This document shows, one piece after another, positions 25,859-39,300 of a stretch of DNA of 64,000 nt (its first letter is position 1; each line of letters begins with the position of its first letter). The DNA lies in the NCBI GenBank assembly GCA_905178155.1, contig CAJINV010000001.1, forward strand, positions 16,244,142 to 16,308,141, in the 5' to 3' direction. Source of the DNA: Amoebophrya sp. A120 (taxonomy: Eukaryota > Protista > Dinoflagellata). A model generated the notes under the pieces. That model ran no database searches. It was not told the origin of the DNA and saw only the letters and a list, made by a program, of their open reading frames with translations. A program made the position numbers and the translations under genes.

Positions 25859-27560
25859 ATGCCTGTTTCCGGCAAAAGAATTGCAGGACTAGGCCTGTTG
25901 TCCTGGCAGTTCAACGCTGTGTGGAATTCTCCTGGGGTCGCCGCTCTTGTGGTGGACGTTTCAAGGCGCGTCGACAAACAGCAGAACGTCAGGCGAAGTG
26001 GCAAGACACGAAAGGCCAGCGCTGGTGCCACGACCGCAACTACCGCTACCACCATGGATCCGGCGATTGAGCTCAAGAAAGAACGAATTTGTGCTAAGCT
26101 TGACGACAAGATGGTTGGTGGACGCCGACGAGCATCTTGGTCCTTTATGTAGTGACGTCACGCACATGCTTCGTAGTTTTCTTTCAACGAGCCGCAAAAG
26201 ATGCTCGCCGATTTCTAAGCGGCAGAAGTGTTTTCTCGATCTTGATGAAATGAAGTTAAAACAGCACCTGGCCCTGTTTGCCTTTACCGTCAACGAATCC
26301 CAAGGGTGTTACCCCCTCGATACAGACCGGCAACAACGGCCCCGACGAACTGCCAAAAGTGACGCAGGCAAGAGCGGCGCCCACAGCCGTGGCTTCTGGC
26401 TGTTCGGGGTGCCCGGACTTCGCTATAAAAAGTTCGCGGACAAGAATGACAGCGGCCCCCCATATGGTATGGGCCCTATTTTTGTGCATTGTAGACGACC
26501 GCGAGACCGGCCGCGACTTTTCGTCAGTCCAATAGCCTGCGTGTCTCGCGAGGGCCTCGCCGAGGAAAAAGAAAATAAAACGCAAAAAATACAGGGTTCG
26601 CCCCGAGACTCGCGATGCCATCTTGAAAAATTCCGCTTCCGCATTTAAGTGATTACAATTTTCCGTCCTATCGGGCCCGCTGCAGGACTCCCAAGCCGCG
26701 CCGGAGTTGGATTTTTCACGCAAGCCGATAAAGTCATAGTCGCCATACGCCAAACAGCTCGACTCTTGTTGTTATTTTGACTACACTTGCACAGATTCCA
26801 AAAGCGCGTGGTGTAACGCTATGAACGACGGCGCGGTGGTCGCGGGCCCAAAGCGGGGAAGTCCGCCAGCTTCGGTTGCTTCACCCACCGTGCGTGAAAC
26901 CGGTGCTCGGCTGTGCTTTCTTCGCTGGCCGCCTAGCCAGAGGCACACGCGTAGCAAAGACCTCTCGGGCCGCGTTCCCTACCATGCCCGGCTTCCGTCC
27001 GCTTTGCTGGTGCGAGCCTTCCGTCGCGCTTTTTGGCCCGAGGAAGAAAGAAAACGCCAGAAGCCTCACTACCTCCGCTCAGGCGGCTATATTCCACACC
27101 TACTATTATGGGGACAAAATTTACGATCCCAACAGTGTAGACACTGTAGCAGAATGCAAAAACGAACTTGACGATACGGGAGGAATAGTGTTCTCCTTTG
27201 GTGAAGAGGCAAAACTGCCTCCCGACTCCGGGCACTCCAGCTCCAACACGGGCTATTACTACCAAGACGGCAATAGTTTGTATATCCTGGGGGAAAACAT
27301 CACAGCCCCATACCCAAGATGGGGCAGCTAACTGCACATGCCCAGAAGCTTCGTGGCCTCCTTGTATCAGACTTACTTACCCTCGCAGTGCAAGCGTTCG
27401 TAGCTCTAAAAGCAGCAACACGTGCCATGCGCCACCGGATGTGCTGGGGAACACGGACTCAGGCAAAGTTTGGGCAGTCTACCCTGCGACTAACCTAGTG
27501 ACCCGCTACCACCGGTTGCCGGTCGGGCATTGTCGAGCCGCAACGGCCGGCAAGCACTGA
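25859..27560 (+). CDS. Secreted Cys/Thr-rich modular protein, family member B
   Basis: Hydrophobic N-terminus; TTATTATT..LKKERICAKLDDKMVGGRRR and YYGD..Y....C...LDDTGGIVFSFG match member C (VYGD..Y...C..KLDEKGTGIVFSFG). Internal exons uncertain. Confidence 0.55.
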
Positions 27561-30500
27561 CAAGATGAAAGGGCCAACGGACTCAGATTTGGCAGAGCGC
27601 CGCCATTTTCAGCAGCGCCACCGTGCTAGCAATAAGGCAGGCCTGCGTGGGTCTTGGGGCTTTGCTTTCGGTGGTGCCAGGTTGTTGGGCCGCTAAGGCC
27701 GAAGGGCGTTGCTTTCGGGGGATCCCGCCAGCGCCCGTCCTGTGATCGGCGCTCGCAGGTGGTAGATAGGCGACCAGGAAAAAGGGAGTGGCCCGCAGTA
27801 GTTTGCCAGAGAAGGGACGGCCAGCATCTTCATCGCTGGCCGTCCAACTTTTTTGCTGATTCCGGAAGCGCAGGCGGACAAACTGCCATGGGCCGCACAC
27901 GAATGGAATGGACCGCCGGAAATCGCGGGGGCGGGGGAGGCGCCGGAGAAGCAGCAAGGCGGGCGCACCCCCGCGCCGCCAACGCCCTTGCCACAGACGC
28001 GTCCGCCCCGCGACCGGCTTTGGTTGTTCGGCTTCGGCAACCGCTCCGGGCAACTGCCCCGCGCGGCCTCGGGCCTGGCGGCTTTTTTGCCATTTCCCGC
28101 GAAAAGGGCCGGCAGCGCCTAGGCAGGCGGGGGCGCTTTGCGGCATTGAAAGGCTGCGGCTTTTAGATTTGGGGAAAAGTGGGACCCCCATCCGCCCGCG
28201 CGCTGGATGAGCCGGGGAAGGGCCGCCCCCGCGCTATCCTACCTGCCACCGGCGGGAAGCACCGGTATAGTCTCTGAAACGTGGCCTTGCGCCGCCACCA
28301 CCTTGACGGCCAGGACCAAGGCACGCCGGCCCGCCGTCGGTGCTTCCTTGTGGTCTTTTGCGGCAGCCTTTAAATGTGGCGCGCGGGACACTACTAGCCG
28401 GCCCGCAGGCCATCCGGATTTATTGAATAAAGGCAAGCGCAAGCATAGCGTCTGCAGGGATTTCTCACGCAAAGGGCGCGCCAAATACTTCAGAAAACCC
28501 ACCCGCCGGCCGCGCGGGGAGATTGAGAGTCCTCTCGCCCTGTGCCCCAAGAAAGGTGCGCGGATACCAGGGAGCCCAGAGAGCCCGCCGCCGCCCCCGC
28601 AGAAACCGTGCGCCCGCGAGTTTGCCAAAAGCGGCAGCACAGTCCAAGCGAAGCGCGAGGGCCTCACCCGGCCCCGTCCCTCTCTCGTTTCGCTTTTTGC
28701 GGGCGGGCACTTACGCCGAAGCAGAAGCACCATCCAAAAGCACGCGGGCCGGAAGCGGCATGAAAAACCCGGCAGGCAAAAGGAGAGCGCGCGAAGCCGC
28801 CGCCAACTCCCCCACGATCGAAATAGATACGGCCGGGGTGACTGTGGCGCGCGCGCGCCGACTTGTCGCGCTTCGCCATGTTAGAATGACGGCCCGAGGG
28901 TTGGGACAGGAGTGCCCCCGATATTCAGGGCGCTACAAGAAGGAGGGGGAGCGCGCGTGGCGTATTGATTTCGCCAGCCCTTTTCGGGTGGCCGGTTTGC
29001 AGCGCGCCGAAAGGCCGGGCCATGCATGGTATGGATGCGTTGCATTGGTTCCCGACATGCGACGCGTGCTCCGTTGCTCGCGCGCGCGGTGCCGCCTCGA
29101 AAGCAAAGGCGTCGCTGTTGCGTGAGTGCGAATGCCGAACTGCGCGCGGCCACCGCGCGGCCCGAGAAAGTTTTCCCGTTGTGCCCCCACCCCGATCCCC
29201 GCGCGCGCAGGGCGCGCCCTGAAAGCGGCGCGCCATTTCACACACATTCCCGCCGAACGGCCCGCGCGCGCGCAGCGTGCGGCCGAAATGAATTCAGCTG
29301 TCGCGCCTGCGTGTGGCGTCGCCCGGCGCGCACCTTTCGACGTCCGCCCACATGTGCCAACAAGCGGGCAGAAGTTGGGTAGGCCAGCCCGCCGCGGCAA
29401 GCACTATCATGGAGGCGAGCGGGCGCCGCGCTATTGTGGTAAGCTCTGGGAATAGGCTGGCTGCGGCCGCTTTCCTCTCGGGCATGCCTGCGATGGCGCC
29501 GGGCATTTACCGAGGTAGGTGCGCGCGCGCAGCTCGGAGCACTGTGGTGGCCAGTCTGTCGCGCAGGAGGGGCGGTCCAGGCGGGCGGCCCGTGGCGCGC
29601 AACGTTTTGCCTAGCCTGCGGCGGTCCGATTGATCAGATTCATGAAGGGGCCAGCCAATTTGCTGGGAGCGGCCGGCATGCGAAAAGCAAACAAAGAAGC
29701 GGCGTGCGCGCGATAACTGTCTCGGCTTGTTGCGCTCCTCGCTTCGCGCGCTCAGTGTTCTGGCTGCGCCTGAGCAGAAAAGGCGCAAAGGCCTCGCGGG
29801 CGCGCACATTGATTGCGCAAAGGCATCCGGCGAGCGCGCTCGTCTTCCGCCCCGCTACACATTGCAGCGCTTCGCAGTCTGGCGCGCTGGTTCTGGCTCT
29901 TAGCTTGTAGGCCCGGCGTTCTTCGCAGTGGCCTTCCTGCGCGGCGAAGGTTCTCCGCCTTACTGCCCAGCCAAGCAAGCAGTCCCGGTAGTGGCGAGCA
30001 GCGCCACGCACGCTAGTATGGCGCAAGTGTGGGGCCTGTTGTTTTCAACACACACGCAGACCGCCGGCATGTTTAGGCTTCGGCATAAGTACCCGGGCCC
30101 TCCGCCTCCGGCAAAGAAAGACGGCGCCTGGCCACTTCGCAGAGGCGATACCGGGACGGCCCGCCGGCGGATAGGAGCTCCCGCGCTGCCCCACTCTTTA
30201 GTAGCTCGGGCCGCTTTCGAACCGAATCGCCAGCGAAAACAACCGCCGGCCGGCTGATTGAAAAAAGCGCCGGCCCGCAGGTGGGCCGGCAAGTGGCGCC
30301 CCTCCGAGGCGCCCGCCGCCTCGGGTTCTGGCGGTTCGTTTTGAGGGTCTAGAGCCTGGCGAACAAGATGGGGGCAGCGCGAAAAACGCACCGGGGCCGC
30401 GCGGTGCGCGACGCGCGCCAGTTTTGGCGTGCGCCTGAGACCCGCAATCGCTGGCAATAAGTAGCGGGGGGCACTTCAGAAGCGGGCTTGGGGCCAAAAG

Positions 30501-31064
30501 CCAAGTGTGTCTTGCTAAAAAACGAAACAAAACGCGCGCGCCCAGAAGCTGGAAACCAATCCGCATGCTTTGGGCCTGATTTGAGACGCCTCTCCCTCGG
30601 GTCGGCCCTTGCTTCGCGGTGGGGGCCCTGGTGTTGCTAATGCATGTGGCGAAGGGAACCCAAACGGCCGGCAACTGAGGGCCGGGCCTTTCATCGGCCA
30701 GCGGCCGCGCCGTCGTGCCTCCCGCCGGCCGTGCATGGCACTAGGCTTGGTGGAATGGCGGGCATGCAGCAGGAGGATGCGCCCGCTTTCAGATTGGGAC
30801 AAGACAAAAAAAGCGCGGCGCCCTCATTGCCCCCGTTGTGGTTGCTATTATTGGTAGGCCAGCTGAGGAAGCGGCTCGCTGAGTTTGGCAATGCTTCGCC
30901 CGGGGAAACAAGGAAGAGCCGGAAAAGCGAAAACGCGGGACAGCTCTTTTGCAGTCGGCTTCACAAGCCACCAAAGGCGCCTGGCTCTCTGAGTTTTCTC
31001 GAGGTGCCGGGCCTAGCCAACACAGACACAGGGCGGCGGCGAAAGGTCTGCCACCACCACCACC

Positions 31065-33356
31065 ATGCCGGCACTAAGATTCTGGGTCCTGGGGCTTTCA
31101 GTGGTGCTAAGCTGCTGGCCCGTTAAGGGCTTCGGGCATTCGTCGGGTCTTGTTGACCAAAAACAGAACGCATTCAGGCAGTCGACTGGCTTAGACTCGT
31201 CAAGCCCATATGGGGCCGCGATGTTTTTGCGCGGGATATCCGCCGACCAAGAGACGAAGTGCCGAGTCGCCAGCAGGGCGCACGGAGATAGGAATCAAAT
31301 TAAACAGAAAAACCCTGGCACTTGGGAAGACTGGAAGAACCTTGCGCCGACGACCGTCACTGGCCACACTGCTTACCGGAAATGCGTTTCCGCGTTAGAT
31401 CCAAACTCGCCTGTTGACTACTACATGTTAAACGAGGTGGAAACGCAAGACACCTACGATCCAGCACTCTGCGTCTACGCAGAAGACATTTTTCTCACCG
31501 ATGCTGAAAAAACCCAGAGTCATTGCCCCCCCACAACGACGACCACAACTACTACAACTTTCAACGTGGTTCCTTACTTAAAGGATCAAAAAATTTGTGG
31601 AAAAAAGGAAAACGCAATGACTATGGCCTCCTCAGCTTTTACATTCTCAGCTGGCACGCCCCTGAGAGCGCTTGTCATGGCAAACCAGCAAGAGAATAAA
31701 AGCACGACATTCTGTGCCGGTCGCATGACAAATTTTGGAAAGATTTCGATCCTATCTGAGGCTTCTTAAATATGTGATGTGTGGATTGATAAACATGAAG
31801 ATGGGCATGGGGGAGGAGATGCTGGCACAGATCTGGCATGATGAATGTATCGGCTAATATGTAACACTTACACTCAATGAATGTGTGCCAGTTGAGGAGG
31901 CCATAATTATAGGAGGACGACGACGCAACGACAACGGCGTCTATGGTAGTGACGGTACTTGCTACCAATATGGCGCACCAATTGTTTACGGCGACGCGAC
32001 CTACGAGACGGTGACAGATCCTCTGACGTGTTTACAGAAGCTGGATGAAAAAGGTACCGGAATAGTATTTTCTTTCGGTGGAGACAAAAAAACGCCCGGC
32101 AGTCCATCAATGACCGGCAGCAACCACGCTACCGCAACACAGTGTAGAATCGCGAACGTAGCAAATTACCCCACGCAAGGGACTTACGCAGACTGTGATC
32201 AGGAAGACTGGCTGGATACTGCGGATCGGGCGGTGGACAAGCACGTTGCCTACCGAAAATGCGTCTCCTCTCAAGATCCCACGTCAGTTGTTGACTTCTA
32301 CATGTCTGGCAATGCGCAGGTGGAAGATACCTACGATCCAACGCTTTGCGTTTACGCCGAGGATATTTTCCTCACCGCCGCCGAGAAGACCCAAAATCAT
32401 TGCCCCACCACAACCACCACATCAACCACCACTACAACAGAGCCCGTAGATGTCAAATGCGATGGCATTGGCAACGAGATGGTCCACTTCAACAACACGC
32501 TATCCAATGTGTAAGTGCATCGGTGTACTAGATATCAACCTGGTGCGAAAAAACTGTAATGTAGAAGGGGTGATCTAGCAAGATGCCATTGTCATGGCGA
32601 CACTGAAATGATGATAAAGGTCAAGAATGCATGTCGAAGTCGATTCGCTTGCCATTTCCTTTGCTGAATGAGCCGACTTGAACTTGAGTTTCATACTTTG
32701 CGCCCTCCACTATAAGATCAGAATGCCCTTTCCCGTAGTTGCTATTGTTATTGAGGGACAAGTAGGAGAAGGAAATGGCGCACCTATGATTAACACTCAA
32801 GAGCAAGCACCTGCCTGACGGTTCTCAAATCCACCTTCCGCAGCAGGCGAAAAGCACAGCCACTAAAGACGACACTGACGCCCTACCTTCGTTTTATTCT
32901 ATGCAGTGCACATATTTCTGGGCATTGAACAGTACAGCGAGCCTGGAGTAGACAACGAGAAAAATCTGTCTTGCACAGTCAGCAAAAGTGTGCGCCGTTC
33001 TCTCCGGACGAAGGAGGCACTCCTCATGCAGATCGGGCATGGAGAGGCATCCGCCGCTCTTGTCATGCTCTGCATGCACTCCAGGCCTTCTTGCAGGTCC
33101 AACGTAAGTATTCTTGGCAAATGTCTCCACTTTTTCAGGCGCAGACATATTTGCAATTGATATGGTCACAGCCGACGTCATTTGGATATGCGATCAGATG
33201 ACTCAAAACGGGGCCGCCTTTCGGGGTTATGACGCGGATGAAAATCGCGGCCGCGCTTGGTCTCGGTTAAGTAAATTTTTTCTGTGGTCGCACGTGGGTG
33301 TATCTATTGAGATTTGCGCAAGATTTTGCACTTTGCGTGCTTCGACCCACGGATGA
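31065..33356 (+). CDS. Secreted Cys/Thr-rich modular protein, family member C (internal duplication)
   Basis: Signal peptide MPALRFWVLGLSVVLSCWPVKG; two copies of HxAYRKCVS..DPxSxVDxYM....DTYDPxLCVYAEDIFLTxAEKTQxHCP plus poly-T; exons about 31065-31618, 31908-32498, 33170+. Confidence 0.7.
31619..31907 (+). other. Non-GT intron with 15-bp terminal IR (introner-like)
   Basis: TATGGCCTCCTCAGC (31622-31636) / GTTGAGGAGGCCATA (31891-31905); removal restores the C.....x(I/M)(I/V)GGRRR motif that is contiguous in paralogs. Confidence 0.7.
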
Positions 33357-36300
33357 CGGAGATGCTGGTCGCAGGATAAGTAAATATTAATAGTAGCGCG
33401 TGCACCTTCGCACTCGATAATTCTCGTGATACATTAGTTTAGAACAGGAATTCAGGCCCCTGGGCCTAGCCTATGCAGTACGCCACGTGCAACTGAAACA
33501 AGCACAGGCACAATAACAAACGTGGCTAGCGCACCAACCTGAGCGTCGTCGTTCGTCTGAAAAAGAACTTGCGCGCCAAGAATATCGCCGAGGGCTGAAT
33601 AAGTAAGATTTGTAAAGCGATTTTTTCTTTATGCGTGCGTTTACTTATGCGCTTAGCCGTTTTGCGCCATCCGTATTCGCGCCTTTGCCGATCCCCGCGC
33701 GCCCGCCGCGGCACACCGATCGCACGCAAGGAGGAGGAATGCCCTGCGGTGCCTGCCCGCGTTGGCCACCAGCGTGCCTGCCAGCGCTGCTTACCCGCTC
33801 TGCCTGCTCTCGCAACGGGCCGTCAGTGGGCGCGGCCCCCACCATCCCCAAACCCGCCTGCTGCCACCCCGTGTTGCCGCCCGGCCCCCGTATCATGTTG
33901 CCGCCCGGAAGCCCGCACATGTTGCCCGCGCGCGCGCGCATCTTCAAAATGCTTTGCGTGCAATGTTTTCGATGCCCGGGACCTCTATGATTGTATGTAC
34001 GTAGTGAGGTCACGAGCGTTCATCTATCCTCGCTGTTTTTTTGACGCCTCACCTGCAAAACGCCCGGCAGTTTTCAATCGGGCGGAGGTGTTTTTGGACG
34101 TAAAATATTTCCATTTATCAATCGGCCGGGGCGTTGCCGGCAAAAAAGCCAGCGCGGATTCTATCGATTCCCAATTGAAAGCACGACGCAAGGGGGCCGA
34201 CAAAAGGGGCGTCCTTCTGAGCCGCCCGGCGCATTTGCTTCCGCCGATTTGGGGCGCCTAAAAAGGGACGCCAAGAAAATGCGAAGACGACAAAAACCCT
34301 GGATCCGCATGGTGCGCGCCCCATTTTGGCTCATTTTTGAAGGTCGCAAGGCCGGCCACAAAAGTCTGGCATTTGTAATGCGGGGAACAGGCCAAAAGGT
34401 GCGACGCTTCACCAAAAAAAACCCAAAGAAGCAAAGTCCGCAAAAATCTGAAAGCCAATCCGCATGCTACGGGCCCGATCCGGGGCGCCCAAGGAGTTGG
34501 CCCTGGCGGGGCCACAGCGTGCGGGACAGCGTTGCTGCTCTGGAGGCAGCAGGGGCGCGGTTTTTCAACAAGAAAAAACAAAAAACGCGAATGCCGTCAA
34601 AAGCAGCAAGCTAGCCTGAATGCCGTGGGCCCGCCCGATTTCTTTGGGACGCCCAACGTTTTCGGACCTATTTTGAAGACAGGAAGGCGGGGGTCTGTCG
34701 CCGTGATTTTTACCATCCGCGACACCATGCCGAGTAACATTATACGCGAAGGAATACTTGTGGCGAAAAACGCAAATATTTTGCGCATGGGTGGAATACG
34801 CGAGAACAGTAAGGAAAAGGGGGTCGGGTAGTCAAAAAAACCGCCCTGACCTCACTACCCCCGCCGAGGCGGCCACTATTGGCATTTTCAGACGAGCTTA
34901 CATACTTGCCCGCAGTATTTATGAAAAAAGGAACACGCAATCACGTTCACGTGCGCGAAATGCGCAGGAAGAAAGGTGGCACAGCTTATTGCTGCAGTGC
35001 GAGAAATTCTAAATGTTCGAACCTAATCCTGTAGTGTGTAGTTCAACGTCTGAGCGTGGAACCGATTTCATCGCCATCGCTACTTTCTGCACTACCTGCG
35101 TACCGGCCCGAAAGACAACATATGGAGTGTAAAAAAAAAACGCAGTGCTAGGATCAACGTCACCATTGCGAAGCTGTCCGCAAATCTTGAACTTCTAGTA
35201 TTGGCGCAGCTAGTCCTGAGTGAACCCGGAGAAAGTCAGAAGCCTAGCCCCCTCGCTCGCTCTCCGTTTATCCTGGTCCCCTTTTTCCTTGCTCTCCCTC
35301 CCCGAGCTTTTTCAAGTAGATTGCCCCCCTCCCATCCTCCGTACCTTCTGATGTGCCCGGTAAGCCGCTGCGCCCTTCTCTTTCGCCCCCGCCCCCCATC
35401 TTCTTCCCCTTTTCTTTAGCGCAGGCGATGTGCGAATTCTCCCTGTCTTCTCCTTTCTTCTTCTCTGCCATTCTGTATGTTTTTGGCCCTGGCATTCATT
35501 CTGTGTCCCACTCCCGGCACGGCCATTTTCGTTTGTTGCACAGTCAGTTGGGGGCCGACCCCGACTCGTGCCTGCGCCTGCCGCGTATCGTTTTTCTGCT
35601 GGCGTATTCATCGCCGGCGCGCCACAGCCCAAGAAGGACCGGTCGCAAAATGCCATGCGCTAGGTATGTGTTGCAGTGTGTGCTGGCGATTTCTCGTGTG
35701 CAGAGGTCTTGGCCGCTTCGATGCAGCACAGCTTCTCGCTCCCAACGGAGAGCACTTTCTGTCTTTGCTCATTGATTGAGTAGTCTGAATTTGTTCGGTC
35801 AGTCCTTTATTATGTGATGGTGGCGACGCGATGCATTGCAGTTTTCGAAGTCGAGACAACAACGGAGAGCCCTATCCAGGTGATCCGCTGACCAAAGCCG
35901 ATCTACCGGTCACTCAATACAGTGGAGAACGTTGCCGTCACCCAGCTTGTTCTGCCTCCTACATACTTAGATAGACATGCATAGGGTCAAAAAATATATA
36001 AAAACAAAGTGCATTACCCGACCAAGAATCTAGCATCGGCAAGGAGAACAAGAACAGCCCGCGTCATCGTCGCAGTGCGACCATTCTGCACTTTTCTCAC
36101 TTTTTGGCACATGCTGGAGATGGCGCATCGTCATCAACGATAGGCGGCTTCGGGCTTGATATGATGTTGCAATAAATATGTTTTAGTGGGACATCTGCCC
36201 CTGATAGTATGGCTAGCCTTTGTGAGGAAGTGAGGCGATACCCGAGTGGCATCCTGGGGCCTTGTTTAAAGTCCTCCACGCAACTTGACTGAGAAATGCA

Positions 36301-39300
36301 TGTGCGCCAGTATGTAGAGAGACTGCTAACAGAGAACTTCCTAGTATCTTCATCATGCGGACACGAGGTGAGGATATGGAAGCGGCCGCAGCTGGGAAGT
36401 CAAATCGGAAAAGCAGAGCTTTCCCGTGGGTGCAAATAAAGATCGAGGAAGTCCCAGTGCTGACGCGCTTGTCGTACTTAGAGTGCAATAAATGCAAGTA
36501 AGTAAGATGACTTGGCATTCGTTTCTTCCTGCTAGCTCATCCGGCCTCTTCATTCTTCAAGTTTGTAGCCGATGACGGCAGCTGCGGACATTCGTTGCGT
36601 TCTGCTATGAAGAAGCCCACTTTGCTGCTGGTTGCGCCGGAAAGCATGCTCGTGAGAACTGTCTAAGTACGAGTAGTCCTTTCTGTCGTGATTTCTCGCT
36701 CTTGCTCGCACGTCCATACCTCTAATCGAACAATCTTCACTGCAATATGTTTATGGCACAGAAGAGCCGGCGGGAAGTGTTGGTTCTTGAGGGGCGGGTC
36801 ATGGGTGGTGTGAGTCGAGAGACTCAGAAGTGTATCAGTGTTTTCAAATTGGCAGCAAAAAAATTTCGCGAGCCGTGTGGTGGAGTCCGCCGGTCCATAC
36901 CGTGCTCTACTTGTTGTGTTGTGTGGCGTTTGGTAGCTTTGCATCTTTTTCTTTTCACTATATAACATAGCGCATCGCCCATCAGGCCGTCCAACAAGCC
37001 CAGAACCCTCCGGCACTTTACTAATTGAAAATCCGCACATACGTTATATGCAAGGACCTCGACGTGGAAATTGAAGCTTATCAATGAGAAATGTGTTGCC
37101 CTTGTGCGTGGGCCCAGAAAGTCTTGTTTAAGTATGTAGATCACCAGAATGAAACGAGTGCCACTGCCAGCGCCCTCTGCAGGCTGTACGTGGCTTTCGG
37201 AACGAACAGGACACAGCGTGGAGCGAGGCTGTCGTGTGGCCGAAACGCACAGCGCATGAGGAGTTTCCGAGCCCTTTGTTCTGTCCATTGCTTAGCTGAT
37301 ACAACGAGCAGCGTCCTTATCTTCCAGCGTCAAAAGCAAAAGGATATTGATGCGAGAACTCACGGCTACACAATTGCGCACTAATCCGTCCCAGAAAAGA
37401 TTGACATTGAAACGCTTCACTTTTGTATTTGCTTCTCGCGCGCTCAGTTGCTATTCCTACGAAAGCAACGAACCATGCATGTTTCTTTCGTCACCTAATC
37501 TGAAAAATCAGACTTTCATCAATAATTTCACATGGGCTCCATTTCAATGCCAAAAAGCTTGCACTACCAACGACTTATGCAATGCGTGCCAGCAAGCCGA
37601 GGAGAAGTGCTACCCTGTAAAAAACCGTACCCATCGACACCGTCCCTATAGCCTGCACTTCCGATCTTCTGCGATCGCACCGCATAGACTTATTGCGCTT
37701 GTCAAGCAGCATAGCTGATGGGGATGGCCCCTTCTAACGGTTGCACATCCCTATCCCACGGAGGCCAGTAAGTATATTTTTACCGGTGCGGCTGCATCAG
37801 GACGAGCAGGACGCAGTGCCTTTGTTTTGTATATGCGTTTAGTTGTCAACATACAAGAATACAGATACCGGCGAAAGCGATACACTCTAAGCGAGTCACC
37901 TCATAGATAGACATCAAGTGCATGAAATTAGAAATCGGGCGGATGGGTACTCTTTTGGAGTTCAGATTTGCCCGGACGCATTGCGGAGGACGACCGTCAG
38001 TATCAAGGCGGAAACTGTGTCACTTTTTGTCTGAAACGAAAGGTGAGAATGTTAGAACAGCAAGGATCTCCTTTGGCTTGCCTACGGGATGAGACAGAAT
38101 CTATGTAAGCAGACAGAGAGTTTGAGGCCTCTGCCCGCGGTTGATCACGAGTGGGAGTGGGGCAGTGCAGTGACCCCACGGACAGCTAATGCATCCTCGC
38201 GATCCATCCTAGACACAGTCACAGACGCGACTCTATCGAATAAACTTGTGATCCACTGCAACACTGCCAAGTACACCACGACTGAGCCGGATCCTCGCAA
38301 CTCATATATAACACTTCCGCGAAAAATGTGTAAAGAGAGACAGTTTTCGTGCTTGTAGCTGCGGTCAACTGCGAAAACCGGTAATGGAGAAGCCAAACTA
38401 CGTAAGAGCTTTGAAGTGACTAGCTGACGCATTCCGGACTACAGATGTAGTGGGTGACGCAGCGAGAACGCAAGGGCGTCACACGAAAAAACACACGCAC
38501 CAACCACTAAAGAAAAACGTGGCACGATTTGACTCTTACCGATTCAGCGGATTCGTTGAGAAGAATTTTGTTTTCCCGACACAATATCCTGAGGGGCGCA
38601 GAAAACTCCAAGACCTGCATCGCGTCCATCGTGATATCGACCTGGGTTTCATCATTGTGTCGTTTTTTTGGAAGTCAGGCGCGCAGGGAGGCACAGGCGC
38701 TGACAGGGAAGATTTCTATCAATCTGTTGAGAAGGAGAGCAGCAACTTTTTTCTTTTGCCACGAGTTGTAATAACAAACACAAAGCCAATACAGCTGCGA
38801 TTGCGTAGGTACCTAATTATATGCAACAGCAAAGTAGTAGAAACGAGTCGGCTAATCTTCGGCTCCTCTGTGTTTTTTTTCGAACGAAGAAAACGAAGTA
38901 CTTCGCTTACCCCGCATCGAATGGTGTTTTTCTTTTCGAAACAAAAAATAGAGTACTCCACTTACCCCACACCGAATGAAGAGGAGTAATATAAAGGAAA
39001 AGTCAGAATCGAAGCGGAATACAAATTGTTCTACTTTTTAGCTAGAAAAGATGCTAGTCGTAAAGATACTTGTTGCGCTCTGCACCAACTGTTGCACGAA
39101 CAGAATGAAAGTCCGCGGCGATGATGAAGGGCAGCGTGAAAGAGCATGGCCACAACTTTAAAAGTATCCATGGCCTTACCTCTCGACAGAGCAACTCTGT
39201 CAAATTATCGAACTGATAAACAACCTCGTATAATGAATCGCATGAAGGGCCGCCTCATCCGCGACGAGCGCCCCGAGGCACCAATACATAGAAGACAAAG

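Noticed and set aside
27583-31126. Many overlapping 100-225 aa Arg/Ala/Gly/Pro-rich ORFs
   Set aside because: Present in all six frames because of high GC; no motifs.
34321-34333. CCATTTTGGCTCA, a 13-nt match to the dinoflagellate spliced-leader core
   Set aside because: Lacks the terminal AG/GT and any downstream gene, and lies in a GC-rich repeat block; may be chance.
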